Origin: a virus
Taxonomy: Duplodnaviria > Caudoviricetes
Direction: 5' to 3' (one strand)
Length of the DNA stretch: 64,000 nucleotides
Virus record (IMG/VR): IMGVR_UViG_3300033074_001936
Span: 1-64,000 of that record
Part shown: one piece after another, positions 55,070-64,000 of the stretch
How the letters are laid out: every line of letters starts with the position of its first letter
How positions within the stretch are numbered: position 1 is the stretch's first letter
The notes under the pieces: model-generated
Seen by the model: the letters and a program-made list of their open reading frames with translations, nothing else
Told to the model about the DNA's origin: nothing
Databases searched by the model: none
Made by a program: the position numbers and the translations under genes

Positions 55070-55498
55070 ATGAAACTGACCTTTGCGCAAATCGATCGCG
55101 CCATCTCCGCCCTGCAATACTTCTCCGCGCGGCAGAAGGAGGTGAAGATCGACGACAAGGTGACGCTCGTGCCGAACCCTTGCTACTTCGGCGACAAGCA
55201 TTGGGACTTCGCCGAGAACGAGTCCATGCTGCGCGCCCGCTGGGATGCCCACCAGGCCGCGCGCAAGGCGCTGCTGGCGAAGCACCAGATCAAGGGCATG
55301 AAGCCATCCGAGCCAACCGGCGAGTACCTCAACGACAGCAACGTGCTCGAAGATACGGCTTACGAAGTCGACATTATCATGATCCCGGAAGCCGACCTGA
55401 AGCAGGACGAGAACAAGATTCCGGTGTCCTTCCTGTCCTACATCGCGTTCATGGTCGACCGTGGCAAGCGCCGCAAGATCGCGGCGGCGGCGGCATAG
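55070..55498 (+). CDS. Hypothetical protein (possible fibre assembly factor)
   Basis: GAGGA RBS; phage codon bias. Confidence 0.6.
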   Translation: MKLTFAQIDRAISALQYFSARQKEVKIDDKVTLVPNPCYFGDKHWDFAENESMLRARWDAHQAARKALLAKHQIKGMKPSEPTGEYLNDSNVLEDTAYEVDIIMIPEADLKQDENKIPVSFLSYIAFMVDRGKRRKIAAAAA

Positions 55499-55507
55499 GA
55501 TTGCAAA

Positions 55508-55897
55508 ATGGGCATTCAGACAGAACTTCCGGCCGCGCCGGTCACGGCCGAAAACCGCACCTGGCGCATCCAGATCGAATGCGGCTTTGACACTCCGGTT
55601 ACGGAACGCACGGTCACCTTCCTGCGCGAAGTTGTGCCGCTCGATGCCCAAGGGGCGCGCGCCGGCCCGAGCATCCAAAGCAATGTCGCGGTCGGGGACA
55701 ACGGCGCATTCCCGCTGAGCGTCACCGCGAAGGCGGCGCAGTTGCTCCCGCGCAGCTTCACCGATCCGAACACCGGCAAAACAATGTCCGGCGCCGAGAT
55801 GATGAGCATGCTTTCGTACATCGGCGATACTCTCTGGCAAGAGGTGGTCGACGCCGAGCTGGCAGAGCAAACGGAGCAAGCGGAGCAAGCGGAATGA
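55508..55897 (+). CDS. Hypothetical protein
   Basis: AGGA RBS; phage codon bias. Confidence 0.6.
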   Translation: MGIQTELPAAPVTAENRTWRIQIECGFDTPVTERTVTFLREVVPLDAQGARAGPSIQSNVAVGDNGAFPLSVTAKAAQLLPRSFTDPNTGKTMSGAEMMSMLSYIGDTLWQEVVDAELAEQTEQAEQAE

Positions 55898-55932
55898 TGC
55901 GTAATCTCTTTCACAACTTACAGGTGAAACCA

Positions 55933-56505
55933 ATGCTGCGACTGATCGCAGCCGCATGCGCGCTTGCGTGTGCGGCGATGATGACCCCCGCCTCCGCACA
56001 AGTCAATTTTCAGGGGACGTACAAGTATTATCCCTACAAACAGATGGCGAAGAAGAAGGCTGCCATGAAGCGGGCAGCATGGCGGGCGAAGCGCAGGGCC
56101 TGGCGCAAATCGTGGCGCAATGCGCGCGTGCCGCGCGCGGCGAAACGGGCGAGGCCGAACATCCTTCGGTCTGATCGCGCGGCGTCCGCATCGCGCTCTT
56201 GCCTGACGGCACCGACCCAGGCCATGCTTGCCTCGCTCGAGCGCGCCATCGGCCCTGTGCGCGTCATCTCTACTTGTCGGCCGGGGGCGGTGATTGCAGG
56301 CACGCGGCGACCATCGTTTCATCGCCTCGGGATGGCAGTGGACTTCTCGACCATGCGCAGGGCGGCCGCCATTGCATACCTGCGGTCAAGAGGAGCCTTC
56401 GTAATGACCTACTGCAACATGGGGCACATCCACTTCAACCTTGGCCAGAGCGGCTACAGTGGCTGTGGGCGCGCAGCATACGCCTCGGCGCGGAGGCGAC
56501 GATGA
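55933..56505 (+). CDS. Secreted peptidase M15-like (LAS) protein
   Basis: Signal peptide ..ASAQ; ISTCR, SFH..GMAVDF, HIH. Confidence 0.75.
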   Translation: MLRLIAAACALACAAMMTPASAQVNFQGTYKYYPYKQMAKKKAAMKRAAWRAKRRAWRKSWRNARVPRAAKRARPNILRSDRAASASRSCLTAPTQAMLASLERAIGPVRVISTCRPGAVIAGTRRPSFHRLGMAVDFSTMRRAAAIAYLRSRGAFVMTYCNMGHIHFNLGQSGYSGCGRAAYASARRRR

Positions 56506-56903
56506 TCTCATCTTCTCGCTCGATCTGGTGGATCGCAGGCATCATTGCCAGCATCCCAGCCGCCGGCATGATCTTCTTTCTCGCGATCATGTTGCTGCCG
56601 GGGCTCGCCAACTCCGCGGCACACTCTAATCCATGGCTGCTGACGTGGATTCCAGCAACCTGCTGCGTCACTAACGACTGCTGCTGGCAGATATCGGCTC
56701 GTGAGTTGCGGCCGCTGCCTGATGATGCTTATGAGATTCGCTCGACCGGGCAGGTAATTCGGCGGACGGCGTGGTCACCGGATGGTTTATACTATCGCTG
56801 CGCATGCGATCGCGATGACGCGAGTAAGCGCTGGGTGCGGCACCAGGGTGCGCATACCCGCTGCCTCTTTGTGCCCCTGCAATTTACCGGGAGGATGCCA
56901 TGA
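56502..56903 (+). CDS. Membrane-anchored Cys-rich protein
   Basis: N-terminal TM; CC..DCC, SPDG.YYRC, TRCLFVP. Confidence 0.6.
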   Translation: MISSSRSIWWIAGIIASIPAAGMIFFLAIMLLPGLANSAAHSNPWLLTWIPATCCVTNDCCWQISARELRPLPDDAYEIRSTGQVIRRTAWSPDGLYYRCACDRDDASKRWVRHQGAHTRCLFVPLQFTGRMP

Positions 56904-58093
56904 CATGGCGCGTTGCGGACTCACTCGAGCGACTGCTTGGAGAAATCAATGCTTATGCGTCAAACCGCAGCACTGCGGCGGACGGCGGCATCGGCGATGC
57001 GGCGCACGCAAGCCGCACCTCTGACCACAACCCCTACATCAAGGACAGTCGCGGCGTCGGCGTCGTGCGGGCGCGCGACTTCACCCACGATCCTAAGAAT
57101 GGCTTCGACAGCTATCGCTTCGCGCGGACGCTTGTGCTGACACCGGACGAGCGCATTCGCTACGTGATCTCGAATGGCGAGATCTGGAATCCGAGCGTTG
57201 TCAATAAATGGCGGCCATACTCTGGCAAGAACCCGCATGATCACCATGCGCATGTTTCCGTGGTCGAGCGGCCGCAATCTCTCTATGACGACAAGTCGGA
57301 CTGGAAGTGGGAGGCCAAGCCCGTCGATATGGCGGGCGACAGGCCCATCAAACCAGTCCCCGACGACCCGGTTTTGAGGCGCGGGAGCAAGAGCGAGGCT
57401 GTCCGCGAACTTCAGAATCTCCTCGGCATCAAGGTTGATGGCGATTTCGGGCCGGCGACGGAGCGCGCGGTCAAGGCGTTCCAGACCTCGCGCGGGCTCG
57501 GCAGCGACGGAATTGCCGGCTTCTACACATGGAAGGCTCTGCGGGCGGCAAAGGCGGTCGCCCCGAAGCAGCCCGCCGTCGTCCTTGTCAGCTCGCTCCA
57601 GCAAATCCGCGAGTATGTGTTCTCCGATGAGGGCCGCGAACTGACGGTCCATTCGGACGAACCAGGCGGGGCATCGCGGCTCGGAATTTCCATCGACACG
57701 CTCTCGCGCACCATCGGGCGGCGCGCGACGCAAGACGATCTCCGCAAGATGACCGAGGATGAGGCGTGGTCGATCTACGACCGCGACTTCTGGGACCGCA
57801 TCAAGGCGGACGATCTGAAGCCCGGCCTGAACTACGCCGCCTTTGACTTCGCGGTGAACTCCGGGCCGGCGGTGGTTGATGGCGATCCGGTCAACAATCC
57901 GAAGATCGTCGAAGACTTCCTCACTCGCGCGTTGCGTGAGCCGAACGTCGAAAAGCAGATCGACCGGCTGTGTGACTTGCGCCTCGAATACATGCAGAGC
58001 AACAAGCAGAAGTGGGAGCGCTATCGCCGCGGCTGGTTGGCGCGCGTCAGCCGCGTCCGCTCGCGCGCGCATGCAATGGCAGGAGGTGAATAA
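56900..58093 (+). CDS. Modular endolysin: LAS/M15-like peptidase, PG-binding domain, GH108-like muramidase
   Basis: IGDAAH..SDHNP..ARD..HAHVS; LRRGS..VRELQ..DGDFGPATERAVKAFQ; EG..D.PGG...GI, FDFAVNSG, GWLARV. Confidence 0.85.
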   Translation: MTWRVADSLERLLGEINAYASNRSTAADGGIGDAAHASRTSDHNPYIKDSRGVGVVRARDFTHDPKNGFDSYRFARTLVLTPDERIRYVISNGEIWNPSVVNKWRPYSGKNPHDHHAHVSVVERPQSLYDDKSDWKWEAKPVDMAGDRPIKPVPDDPVLRRGSKSEAVRELQNLLGIKVDGDFGPATERAVKAFQTSRGLGSDGIAGFYTWKALRAAKAVAPKQPAVVLVSSLQQIREYVFSDEGRELTVHSDEPGGASRLGISIDTLSRTIGRRATQDDLRKMTEDEAWSIYDRDFWDRIKADDLKPGLNYAAFDFAVNSGPAVVDGDPVNNPKIVEDFLTRALREPNVEKQIDRLCDLRLEYMQSNKQKWERYRRGWLARVSRVRSRAHAMAGGE

Positions 58094-58611
58094 TGGCCAA
58101 AGAAGTTAACGTATTATTTATCCACGGCGCCGGCCCGAACATCATGTTCGGCGGGGCGCTCGAACAGTTGCGGAACATCACCATCAGGCATTTCGGCAGG
58201 CGCATCTACGCGCCCCCGGCCGTCGATCATCAGGAGGCGGGCCTCATCGCCCGGTACCTCGATAAATGGAAAGATGATCAGATCTTGATCGGGCTCTCCT
58301 GCGGATGCTCGGCGATCAACAAGATCGCCGCTTCTCGGCCAAGCGAGCGCATTCCATTCGCCATGTACTGCTCACCCTCGCGCTGGTGCAATCTCGGCTA
58401 TGTGCCGCCCAATGTGCGGCATGCAATGCAAGTGACATCGAATGCATGGGACGGATGGAATCTCGGTGGGGCGCAAATCGTGCAGCGCCGTGATCCCACG
58501 CAGGGGAGCCTCGTGGAGGTATTCAAGTCCGGCTACGGGCATACGACATCACCGTTACATCCGCACGCATGGGCGCGGTTGCGCGAAGAGATCGAGAGGG
58601 CTTTGGCATGA
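58093..58611 (+). CDS. Minimal alpha/beta-hydrolase-like protein
   Basis: LFIHG, nucleophile elbow GLSCG, C-terminal GH. Confidence 0.55.
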   Translation: MAKEVNVLFIHGAGPNIMFGGALEQLRNITIRHFGRRIYAPPAVDHQEAGLIARYLDKWKDDQILIGLSCGCSAINKIAASRPSERIPFAMYCSPSRWCNLGYVPPNVRHAMQVTSNAWDGWNLGGAQIVQRRDPTQGSLVEVFKSGYGHTTSPLHPHAWARLREEIERALA

Positions 58612-58817
58612 GTGCGACTATACTCATATGCCATCTTCTCATCGGCGCGCACATCGACCACTTTCCAGTCGCATCCCGCGCCGAGTGCCGGGCGGCAGCG
58701 CAAGCCAGGGGTGCGATCCAGATGGATGCGAGCCGCTATACCCGGCGCCAGCTCCGGCATATATCATGCGGAGCAAACCTTCCTCCGGGCGTGATCTCGG
58801 AGACTTGTCGCTACTGA
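58608..58817 (+). CDS. Small hypothetical protein
   Basis: ATGA overlap. Confidence 0.45.
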   Translation: MSATILICHLLIGAHIDHFPVASRAECRAAAQARGAIQMDASRYTRRQLRHISCGANLPPGVISETCRY

Positions 58818-58846
58818 AGTCAATTCAACAAAGAGAGGTATCGAAC

Positions 58847-59326
58847 ATGTGCCACATCTGCAAAGCAACGCGACTGCTCATGCTCGCGCTCATCCTTCCC
58901 TTCTTCCTGCTCGGAGTCGCGCTCTGGCTCTCGAGCATGGCGCTCGCGCAGACCACCGTCTCCGGCGCGGGGTTATATGAAGTCGTCCGCCCCTACCTCC
59001 TGGAGATCGCCGGGGTCCTCGCGGCGGCCATCGTCGCATGGATCGCCGATCTCGTGCGCCGGAAGCTCGGGTTGGAGATCGAGCAAAAGCACCGGGATGC
59101 GCTCCAGACGGCGCTCAAGAACGCGGCCGGCCTCGCCATCGCGAAGGGCGGGGTGATTGCCGAGGGGCAGAAATTCAGCCTGCACAGTCCGCTGATGATC
59201 GAGGCGGTGAAGTATGTCGAAAAGGCCGCGCCCGACGCGCTCAAGTACTTCGGCATCAGCCCCGAGTCCGTGGCGGAGAAGATCGCCGCCAAGCTCGGCG
59301 TGATGAAGGCCGTTCCCGATGCTTGA
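58847..59326 (+). CDS. Holin-like membrane protein
   Basis: TM segments; HRDALQTAL, AVKYV...PDALKYFG; in the lysis cassette. Confidence 0.6.
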   Translation: MCHICKATRLLMLALILPFFLLGVALWLSSMALAQTTVSGAGLYEVVRPYLLEIAGVLAAAIVAWIADLVRRKLGLEIEQKHRDALQTALKNAAGLAIAKGGVIAEGQKFSLHSPLMIEAVKYVEKAAPDALKYFGISPESVAEKIAAKLGVMKAVPDA

Positions 59327-59561
59327 GGCCCTGTCCTCATTCGTCGTCTCATTCCTCGTCTCCTTCCTGCGCGGTTGGCTCTCCGATCTCCGGGGCGCGG
59401 CCGCGCAGAGAGAGGCAGGGGCGGCTTCCGCGCGTGAGGCCGGGCGCAGGGATGAGGACGCGGCGCTGGAGCGCGCCAGAGAGGCCGCTAATGCTGCTGA
59501 GGCCCGCCACAAGGGCGATCCTTCCGATGGCGCTTTCCGCAACACAGACTTCAGGGACTGA
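59319..59561 (+). CDS. Inner spanin-like protein
   Basis: N-terminal TM, then an Ala/Glu/Arg coiled coil. Confidence 0.5.
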   Translation: MLEALSSFVVSFLVSFLRGWLSDLRGAAAQREAGAASAREAGRRDEDAALERAREAANAAEARHKGDPSDGAFRNTDFRD

Positions 59562-59564
59562 GCC

Positions 59565-59768
59565 ATGACATGCATCGGGATCGCGGTCGGCTTTGCCTAC
59601 CTGCTTTGCTCGCAGCCGGCGGCAGCGCCGTCAGGCCGCGCGCCGTTCTGTCAGGTCATGGATCAATCGGGCGGAAAGATCAGGCCGTCTCGATCCGATA
59701 CGCGGCTGACCAAGGAGCGTGCCGACACCCTCAACGCGCAATACGACGCGCTCTGCCGGGGCCGGTGA
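59565..59768 (+). CDS. Outer spanin-like small lipoprotein
   Basis: Hydrophobic N-terminus ending in Cys; FC..SR.DT..T..N..Y..LC. Confidence 0.5.
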   Translation: MTCIGIAVGFAYLLCSQPAAAPSGRAPFCQVMDQSGGKIRPSRSDTRLTKERADTLNAQYDALCRGR

Positions 59769-60032
59769 GTGGACGCCGGCTTCTCCGCCATCGTCTCGCT
59801 TCTCCGGGAGGCCGGGCCATGGGCCATTGCCATCGTGTTCATGTACCTGTGGTGGGAGGAGCGCAAGGAGCGCCGATCTTCGCAGACGACATGCGCGACC
59901 TTGCACGAGTCCAGGTTTCAGGACGCAACGACGCGCGGCGCGGCCGTGGTCAGCGTGGTCGAAAAGAACACCCAGGCCATGACGGCGCAATCGGAACTGA
60001 TCCGCTCCCTATTGGACAGGGGCCGCCCATGA
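59769..60032 (+). CDS. Membrane protein (holin-like)
   Basis: Single TM then coiled coil. Confidence 0.5.
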   Translation: MDAGFSAIVSLLREAGPWAIAIVFMYLWWEERKERRSSQTTCATLHESRFQDATTRGAAVVSVVEKNTQAMTAQSELIRSLLDRGRP

Positions 60033-60223
60033 AGCTGTGGCGCAGGCTGTTCGGCGCGCCGAATGGAGAGGTTCGGCAGCAGGAGCAAATTCAGCAATCG
60101 TGCGAGCGAGTCCACGAGCGCGAAATGCATCTCTTGCAAAAAGCCCTCGATGCCAACAGCCATCAGCACAACGTCCTCACCGAGCTGGTTGAAGAAATGC
60201 AAAAGCGGAGAGGGGCGCGATGA
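60029..60223 (+). CDS. Hypothetical protein
   Basis: ATGA overlaps on both sides. Confidence 0.5.
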   Translation: MKLWRRLFGAPNGEVRQQEQIQQSCERVHEREMHLLQKALDANSHQHNVLTELVEEMQKRRGAR

Positions 60224-60639
60224 AGTACACGGTGAATGAATTTCTGATCCTCGCGAACGCCTTCGAGCTTGGCATCTCTCTAGGCGCCGCTGCATTGCTC
60301 CTGCGCTTCATCCTGTCGCAGATCAGCGGCCCAATCGACGCACTGCGACGCGCCAGCCGGGCAATCATGGGGGACTTCCAAGGCGGGGCCTATGACCTAG
60401 CCGTGGCCATCTTTGTGATCTTCGTCGGCAAGTTCATCCGCACGCAAACGGTGTGGGAATGGCGCGTGTTCGCCGACGATCTCGACCGCTTCCGCGTGAT
60501 GCTGGGAATCATGGTGTCGACGGTCGGTGCCATCTGCTTGATCCGCGTCCTCTCGCCGACTCGGTTCTTCAACGTCTATTGGGTCGTCACCGTTATCCTC
60601 GCGCTTATCTTCGCGATCTTTTCTGCTTCGATCTCATAG
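60220..60639 (+). CDS. Four-TM membrane protein
   Basis: Four hydrophobic segments. Confidence 0.65.
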   Translation: MKYTVNEFLILANAFELGISLGAAALLLRFILSQISGPIDALRRASRAIMGDFQGGAYDLAVAIFVIFVGKFIRTQTVWEWRVFADDLDRFRVMLGIMVSTVGAICLIRVLSPTRFFNVYWVVTVILALIFAIFSASIS

Positions 60640-60897
60640 CCGCCCGCGAGAGGCGGCAACCTCGATAGTGGACCGCGAAGGCCGCCGGTCGCGCATCTGT
60701 ATCGTGCGGGCCGCCTGGGCGCAGGCGGTCGAGCAGTAGCGCGCGGTGCGATAGGCCGTCGCGGGCATCGCGCCGCCGCAATGTTTGCATCGCTTGACCG
60801 TCAAGTTGCGCTCTCGTCGATGGCGTTGCACGCCGCCTCCATCAGCGCCGCGAGCTTTTCCGTTGGCGGCGGCATAACACATAATCGGCGCTGCCAT
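60634..60897 (-). CDS. Zn-finger hypothetical protein
   Basis: CKHC...RYCSTAC. Confidence 0.5.
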   Translation of the reverse strand: MAAPIMCYAAANGKARGADGGGVQRHRRERNLTVKRCKHCGGAMPATAYRTARYCSTACAQAARTIQMRDRRPSRSTIEVAASRGRL

Positions 60898-61231
60898 AGA
60901 TCACGCCAGTCCCGGTATCGGCGGGCTCCTCTTCGGGAAGCGGGCAGCCGCCGCCGCCGGCCGGAGGGTGCCATGACCCCGGCGGAACTGCACCTCCACG
61001 GGCCTGATCGTCCAGCGGTGTTTGCTAAAGCCGTTGTTCGACCACAGGCCTAGGGGCTCTCCCTTTTCATCAACCCTGGTCGCTGATTACGCCGAGCCGC
61101 GCCTTGTGCTTCGCGACAACCTTCTCCAACTTTTCCTTCACGCGCTCGTCTAGCTTGTCGCCTTCGATGCCGAAGCACTTTGCGAATTGCCGTTCTCAAC
61201 ACATGCATACGAAGGGGGATGCCGGCTTTCT

Positions 61232-63091
61232 TTATCTCGACTGGATGCGGGCGCCTTCTACACCATGTTCAATTATTATGGTCGAAGCGAATTGCAGCCC
61301 CTCCTCGGAGTGGTGGTCAACGTAGAAGATCTTAAGGCCGGCGGCTTGTGCATACTCTCCGAGCAGTAGCACGAGGTCGCGAACCCCCTCCCGCGACAAG
61401 CCGCGGGTCGGCTCATCGAGAACGCGGAAGTCCAAGCACATCCCAGCATGGCTGAGGAGAGCCTCGGATAAGGCCAGCGCGCCGGCCAGCCGCAGTCGCT
61501 GCCTCTCACCGCCTGAGTATGACTCCCACCGCGCGCCGCCGGCAGGGCCGCCCGGCGCCCGCACCACGACCGCCAGCGCCCGCTGCGTCGTGCCACTCTT
61601 GGTCTCCCGCTCTGTCGCGTATTTGACTTCCCACTCCCCGAGCCCGAGCCCCTCGAGGACTTCGGCGGTCGTTGCGGTCAAGTCGGCAAGGAGATCATCA
61701 ATGAGGCGCAGCCGGATGTCGCGAAAGCCGCGTGCCCAAAACTGCGCGCGTTCAATGCCGGACTCAATTTTGGAGAGGATGGTTTCCTTAGCCTTGATCT
61801 CTCGCTTGAGTCCGGCGATGCGGCCGCGCGCCTCCCGCGCGGCGTCGCGGTGCGGGTTCTCCGCAGCCTCCGCTTCCCGGAGCGCGACGTCTGCGGCTGC
61901 GTACTGCGCCTGAGCCTCCCCTACTCCCCGCTCGAGGAGGCGCAAGTTGCCCTCGGCTTTGCTCTCTTCTTCGACGAGCTTGCGCAGCCGCGGCTCATCT
62001 CGGCGGAGGCGCTCGCGCGCGGCATCGCATGACTTCAAGGCAGCTTGGGCCGCCTTGTCGGCCGCTGCGAGCGCCGCTTCCGCTTCTTTGAGCCGGGCGG
62101 CGAACCGGGCCTCCTGCCCGGCGCCGATGGCCTGCCCGCATGTCGGGCAGCGCGCCGACTTCTTCTTGGTCGTGATCGCGGCGAGGTGCGCGCGCAGCTC
62201 GCGAGCCTCGGCATCGGCGGCTCGCGCGGCGGCATTTGCCCCCCGCGCCTCCGCCTCGAGCCGCATGACGTCCGCCCGGAGCGCCTCTACATCCGGGCGC
62301 AGGAGGCGCGCCGCCAGCCCGGCCCGGTCCGACTCCGCGGCGGCTTCCCCCCGGAGGGCCTCGAGCTGATCCGCTCGCGCTCGCGCAGCCTTGAGCTCTG
62401 ATGCGTTTTTCTCGATTATGGCGGCATGAGAGCCCACCCAGCGGTTCGACGCATCTCTGGCCGCCCTGAGCGCCCCCAGGCCATGCTCCAGGGCCGCCCG
62501 GAGCCCCCGCACCTCCCCCTCCAGCCCCGCCCGGCGCCTATCTAGCCGCCGGGCGCGGTCCCCCGCGGCCTCGGCCCGCCGCTCCCAGCGCTCGAGCCCG
62601 AGGGCGTCGGATAGGAGGGCCATCTTGTCGCGCGGGGGGAGGTCGAAGAAGAGCGGCTGGCCCTGCCCGAGGACCACGGCTTGGCACCAAGCGTCGAATG
62701 ACAAGCCCATGATCGCGGCGGGGTCCTCCGACCCGGCGATCTTGCCATTGATCGTCGGCTGCGCGGAGCGGGCAGCCCGGCGCTCAATTTTAGAAATTGC
62801 GTCATCACGCTCGAGTGTGATCGCGACCTGAGGGGCCTCCTTTGCGCCCCATGATTTGATGTCGGTCGCGCGCAGCCCCTCTACAGTGCGACCATACAGG
62901 CACCAAGTCACTGCGTCAGAGAAGAATGTCGACTTACCGGCGCCGTTGGATTCGAGGCGTGGGTTAACGCGGTTGATGCCGCGAACTTGATGCAGGCCGG
63001 GCGGAAGCGCCGCGACATCGAGGGCTGCGCGGCGGGCGAACGCCTTGAATGCCTCGACTTCGATGCGGGCGAGGGAGATGTGTTCGCTCAT
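61232..63091 (-). CDS. SbcC/Rad50-like (T4 gp46-like) ATPase
   Basis: SNGAGKST, Zn hook CPTCG within a coiled coil, YSGGE, VLDEP, DH. Confidence 0.92.
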   Translation of the reverse strand: MSEHISLARIEVEAFKAFARRAALDVAALPPGLHQVRGINRVNPRLESNGAGKSTFFSDAVTWCLYGRTVEGLRATDIKSWGAKEAPQVAITLERDDAISKIERRAARSAQPTINGKIAGSEDPAAIMGLSFDAWCQAVVLGQGQPLFFDLPPRDKMALLSDALGLERWERRAEAAGDRARRLDRRRAGLEGEVRGLRAALEHGLGALRAARDASNRWVGSHAAIIEKNASELKAARARADQLEALRGEAAAESDRAGLAARLLRPDVEALRADVMRLEAEARGANAAARAADAEARELRAHLAAITTKKKSARCPTCGQAIGAGQEARFAARLKEAEAALAAADKAAQAALKSCDAARERLRRDEPRLRKLVEEESKAEGNLRLLERGVGEAQAQYAAADVALREAEAAENPHRDAAREARGRIAGLKREIKAKETILSKIESGIERAQFWARGFRDIRLRLIDDLLADLTATTAEVLEGLGLGEWEVKYATERETKSGTTQRALAVVVRAPGGPAGGARWESYSGGERQRLRLAGALALSEALLSHAGMCLDFRVLDEPTRGLSREGVRDLVLLLGEYAQAAGLKIFYVDHHSEEGLQFASTIIIEHGVEGARIQSR

Positions 63092-63999
63092 GCGACTTCC
63101 CCCGCGATCTTGAGGCCTGATGCGATGGTCCCCTTGCCTTTTCCCATCTGGCGGGCATATGCGCAGATCAAGTCTTCATCGGAGGAGCGCCGCCGCGCGG
63201 CATGCGCCTTGCGCGCGCTCTCCCCGGCCCGCGATGCGACAACTTGCACTGCGTGAAGGTGCGCCTTCGCACCCTCGACCCACGCGGCGACCGCGGTCCG
63301 CGCCTGCGCGCGGGTGATGTCGGAGCCGGGCGGGAGCTCGACCCGGACCTTGATTATGTCGCCCGCGCGGATCGGGCGCCCCCTAATATCTAAGCCCCCG
63401 AGGGGGTCGCGGCCGGACAAGACGATGAGGCGCTTTTGCGGCCCCTTGCTCGGGATCGAGCGCGCGGCATCACTGTCGAGAAGGAGGACCCGCGGCTTGT
63501 ACTCATCACCGAAGTCGACGCGGTAAGGTGCGCCTACATACGTCACGGGGCCGATGGTCTGCGGGACGTGCACGTCGCCGGAGATGACGCGAGCATCAGG
63601 GGGAAAGGGCGGCGGCTCGCCCGGCGCGGCGCGGCCGCCGAGGTCGGCTCCGCCGAATGTTTGGTGGCAAAATATCCAGTTGTGCGGCCTCGCGGGGATC
63701 GAGTACTCCTCGCGGAATGGGCGCGGGGTGTGCGGAAGGAATAAGCACCGCCCGAGTCCTCGCAGCTCCAGGCCGGTTGCCGCGTTGATCCAATGCACGC
63801 GGCGCAGGTGGCGGAGGAACTTGTAAAACGGCACATCTTCCGCGACATAGTCGTGATTGCCGCATAAGGCGTAGACTTGGGCGACTTCCGCGAGCGCCGC
63901 GAATCCATCTACAATGGCATTGACCAGCCCCGCGCGGTGCCCATCCTTTGCCTCGGTGATGTCGCCGAGGATGAGGACGCGGCCGGCGCTATACTCGCG
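63088..63999 (-). CDS. SbcD/Mre11-like (T4 gp47-like) nuclease; 5' end outside window
   Basis: The frame extends past the ORF call to the window edge with ILGD and GNHD; also FCHQ, SGDVH.PQ, YVGAP..DFG. Confidence 0.9.
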   Translation of the reverse strand, partial: REYSAGRVLILGDITEAKDGHRAGLVNAIVDGFAALAEVAQVYALCGNHDYVAEDVPFYKFLRHLRRVHWINAATGLELRGLGRCLFLPHTPRPFREEYSIPARPHNWIFCHQTFGGADLGGRAAPGEPPPFPPDARVISGDVHVPQTIGPVTYVGAPYRVDFGDEYKPRVLLLDSDAARSIPSKGPQKRLIVLSGRDPLGGLDIRGRPIRAGDIIKVRVELPPGSDITRAQARTAVAAWVEGAKAHLHAVQVVASRAGESARKAHAARRRSSDEDLICAYARQMGKGKGTIASGLKIAGEVA

Positions 64000-64000
64000 C

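Noticed and set aside
60898-61231. Small minus-strand gene(s) downstream of sbcC
   Set aside because: One frame looks protein-like (KCFGIEGDKLDERVKEKLEK) but has an upstream stop and no clear start, so it cannot be supported
1-64000. tRNA/rRNA genes, integrase/att sites, IS elements
   Set aside because: None recognised by eye; intergenic space is minimal; tRNAscan-SE would be needed to exclude tRNAs formally

Overview
This window is a high-GC segment of a tailed dsDNA phage, probably a siphovirus of Alphaproteobacteria (GcrA-like gene, class II RNR, rhizobial-phage-style tail module). The + strand runs 1-60639 almost without gaps: recA/uvsX, queF, a GNAT, a NusG/RfaH-like factor, terminases, a multi-domain portal, a ~26.7 kb block between the portal and head genes (ECF sigma, ParB, HAD phosphatase, nrdJ, dcd and an ~20 kb nucleotide-sugar synthesis/glycosyltransferase cluster), then head, tail, fibre and lysis genes. 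A convergent - strand block encodes SbcC/SbcD-like proteins. Five observations stand out. (1) The portal is fused in frame to a low-GC ADP-ribosyltransferase-like domain and an Acb1-like 2H phosphoesterase, joined by candidate prohead-protease sites, which suggests virion-delivered effectors. (2) A phage-adapted pathway for an unusual higher-carbon or branched sugar carries three paralogous GT-like genes. (3) A 38-aa basic peptide with a perfect Shine-Dalgarno is overprinted in the nrdJ linker. (4) queF sits next to a GNAT, suggesting acetylated preQ1 in DNA. (5) The lysis cassette has two peptidases, a GH108 domain and an esterase. All calls come from motif recognition by eye; no database searches were run.
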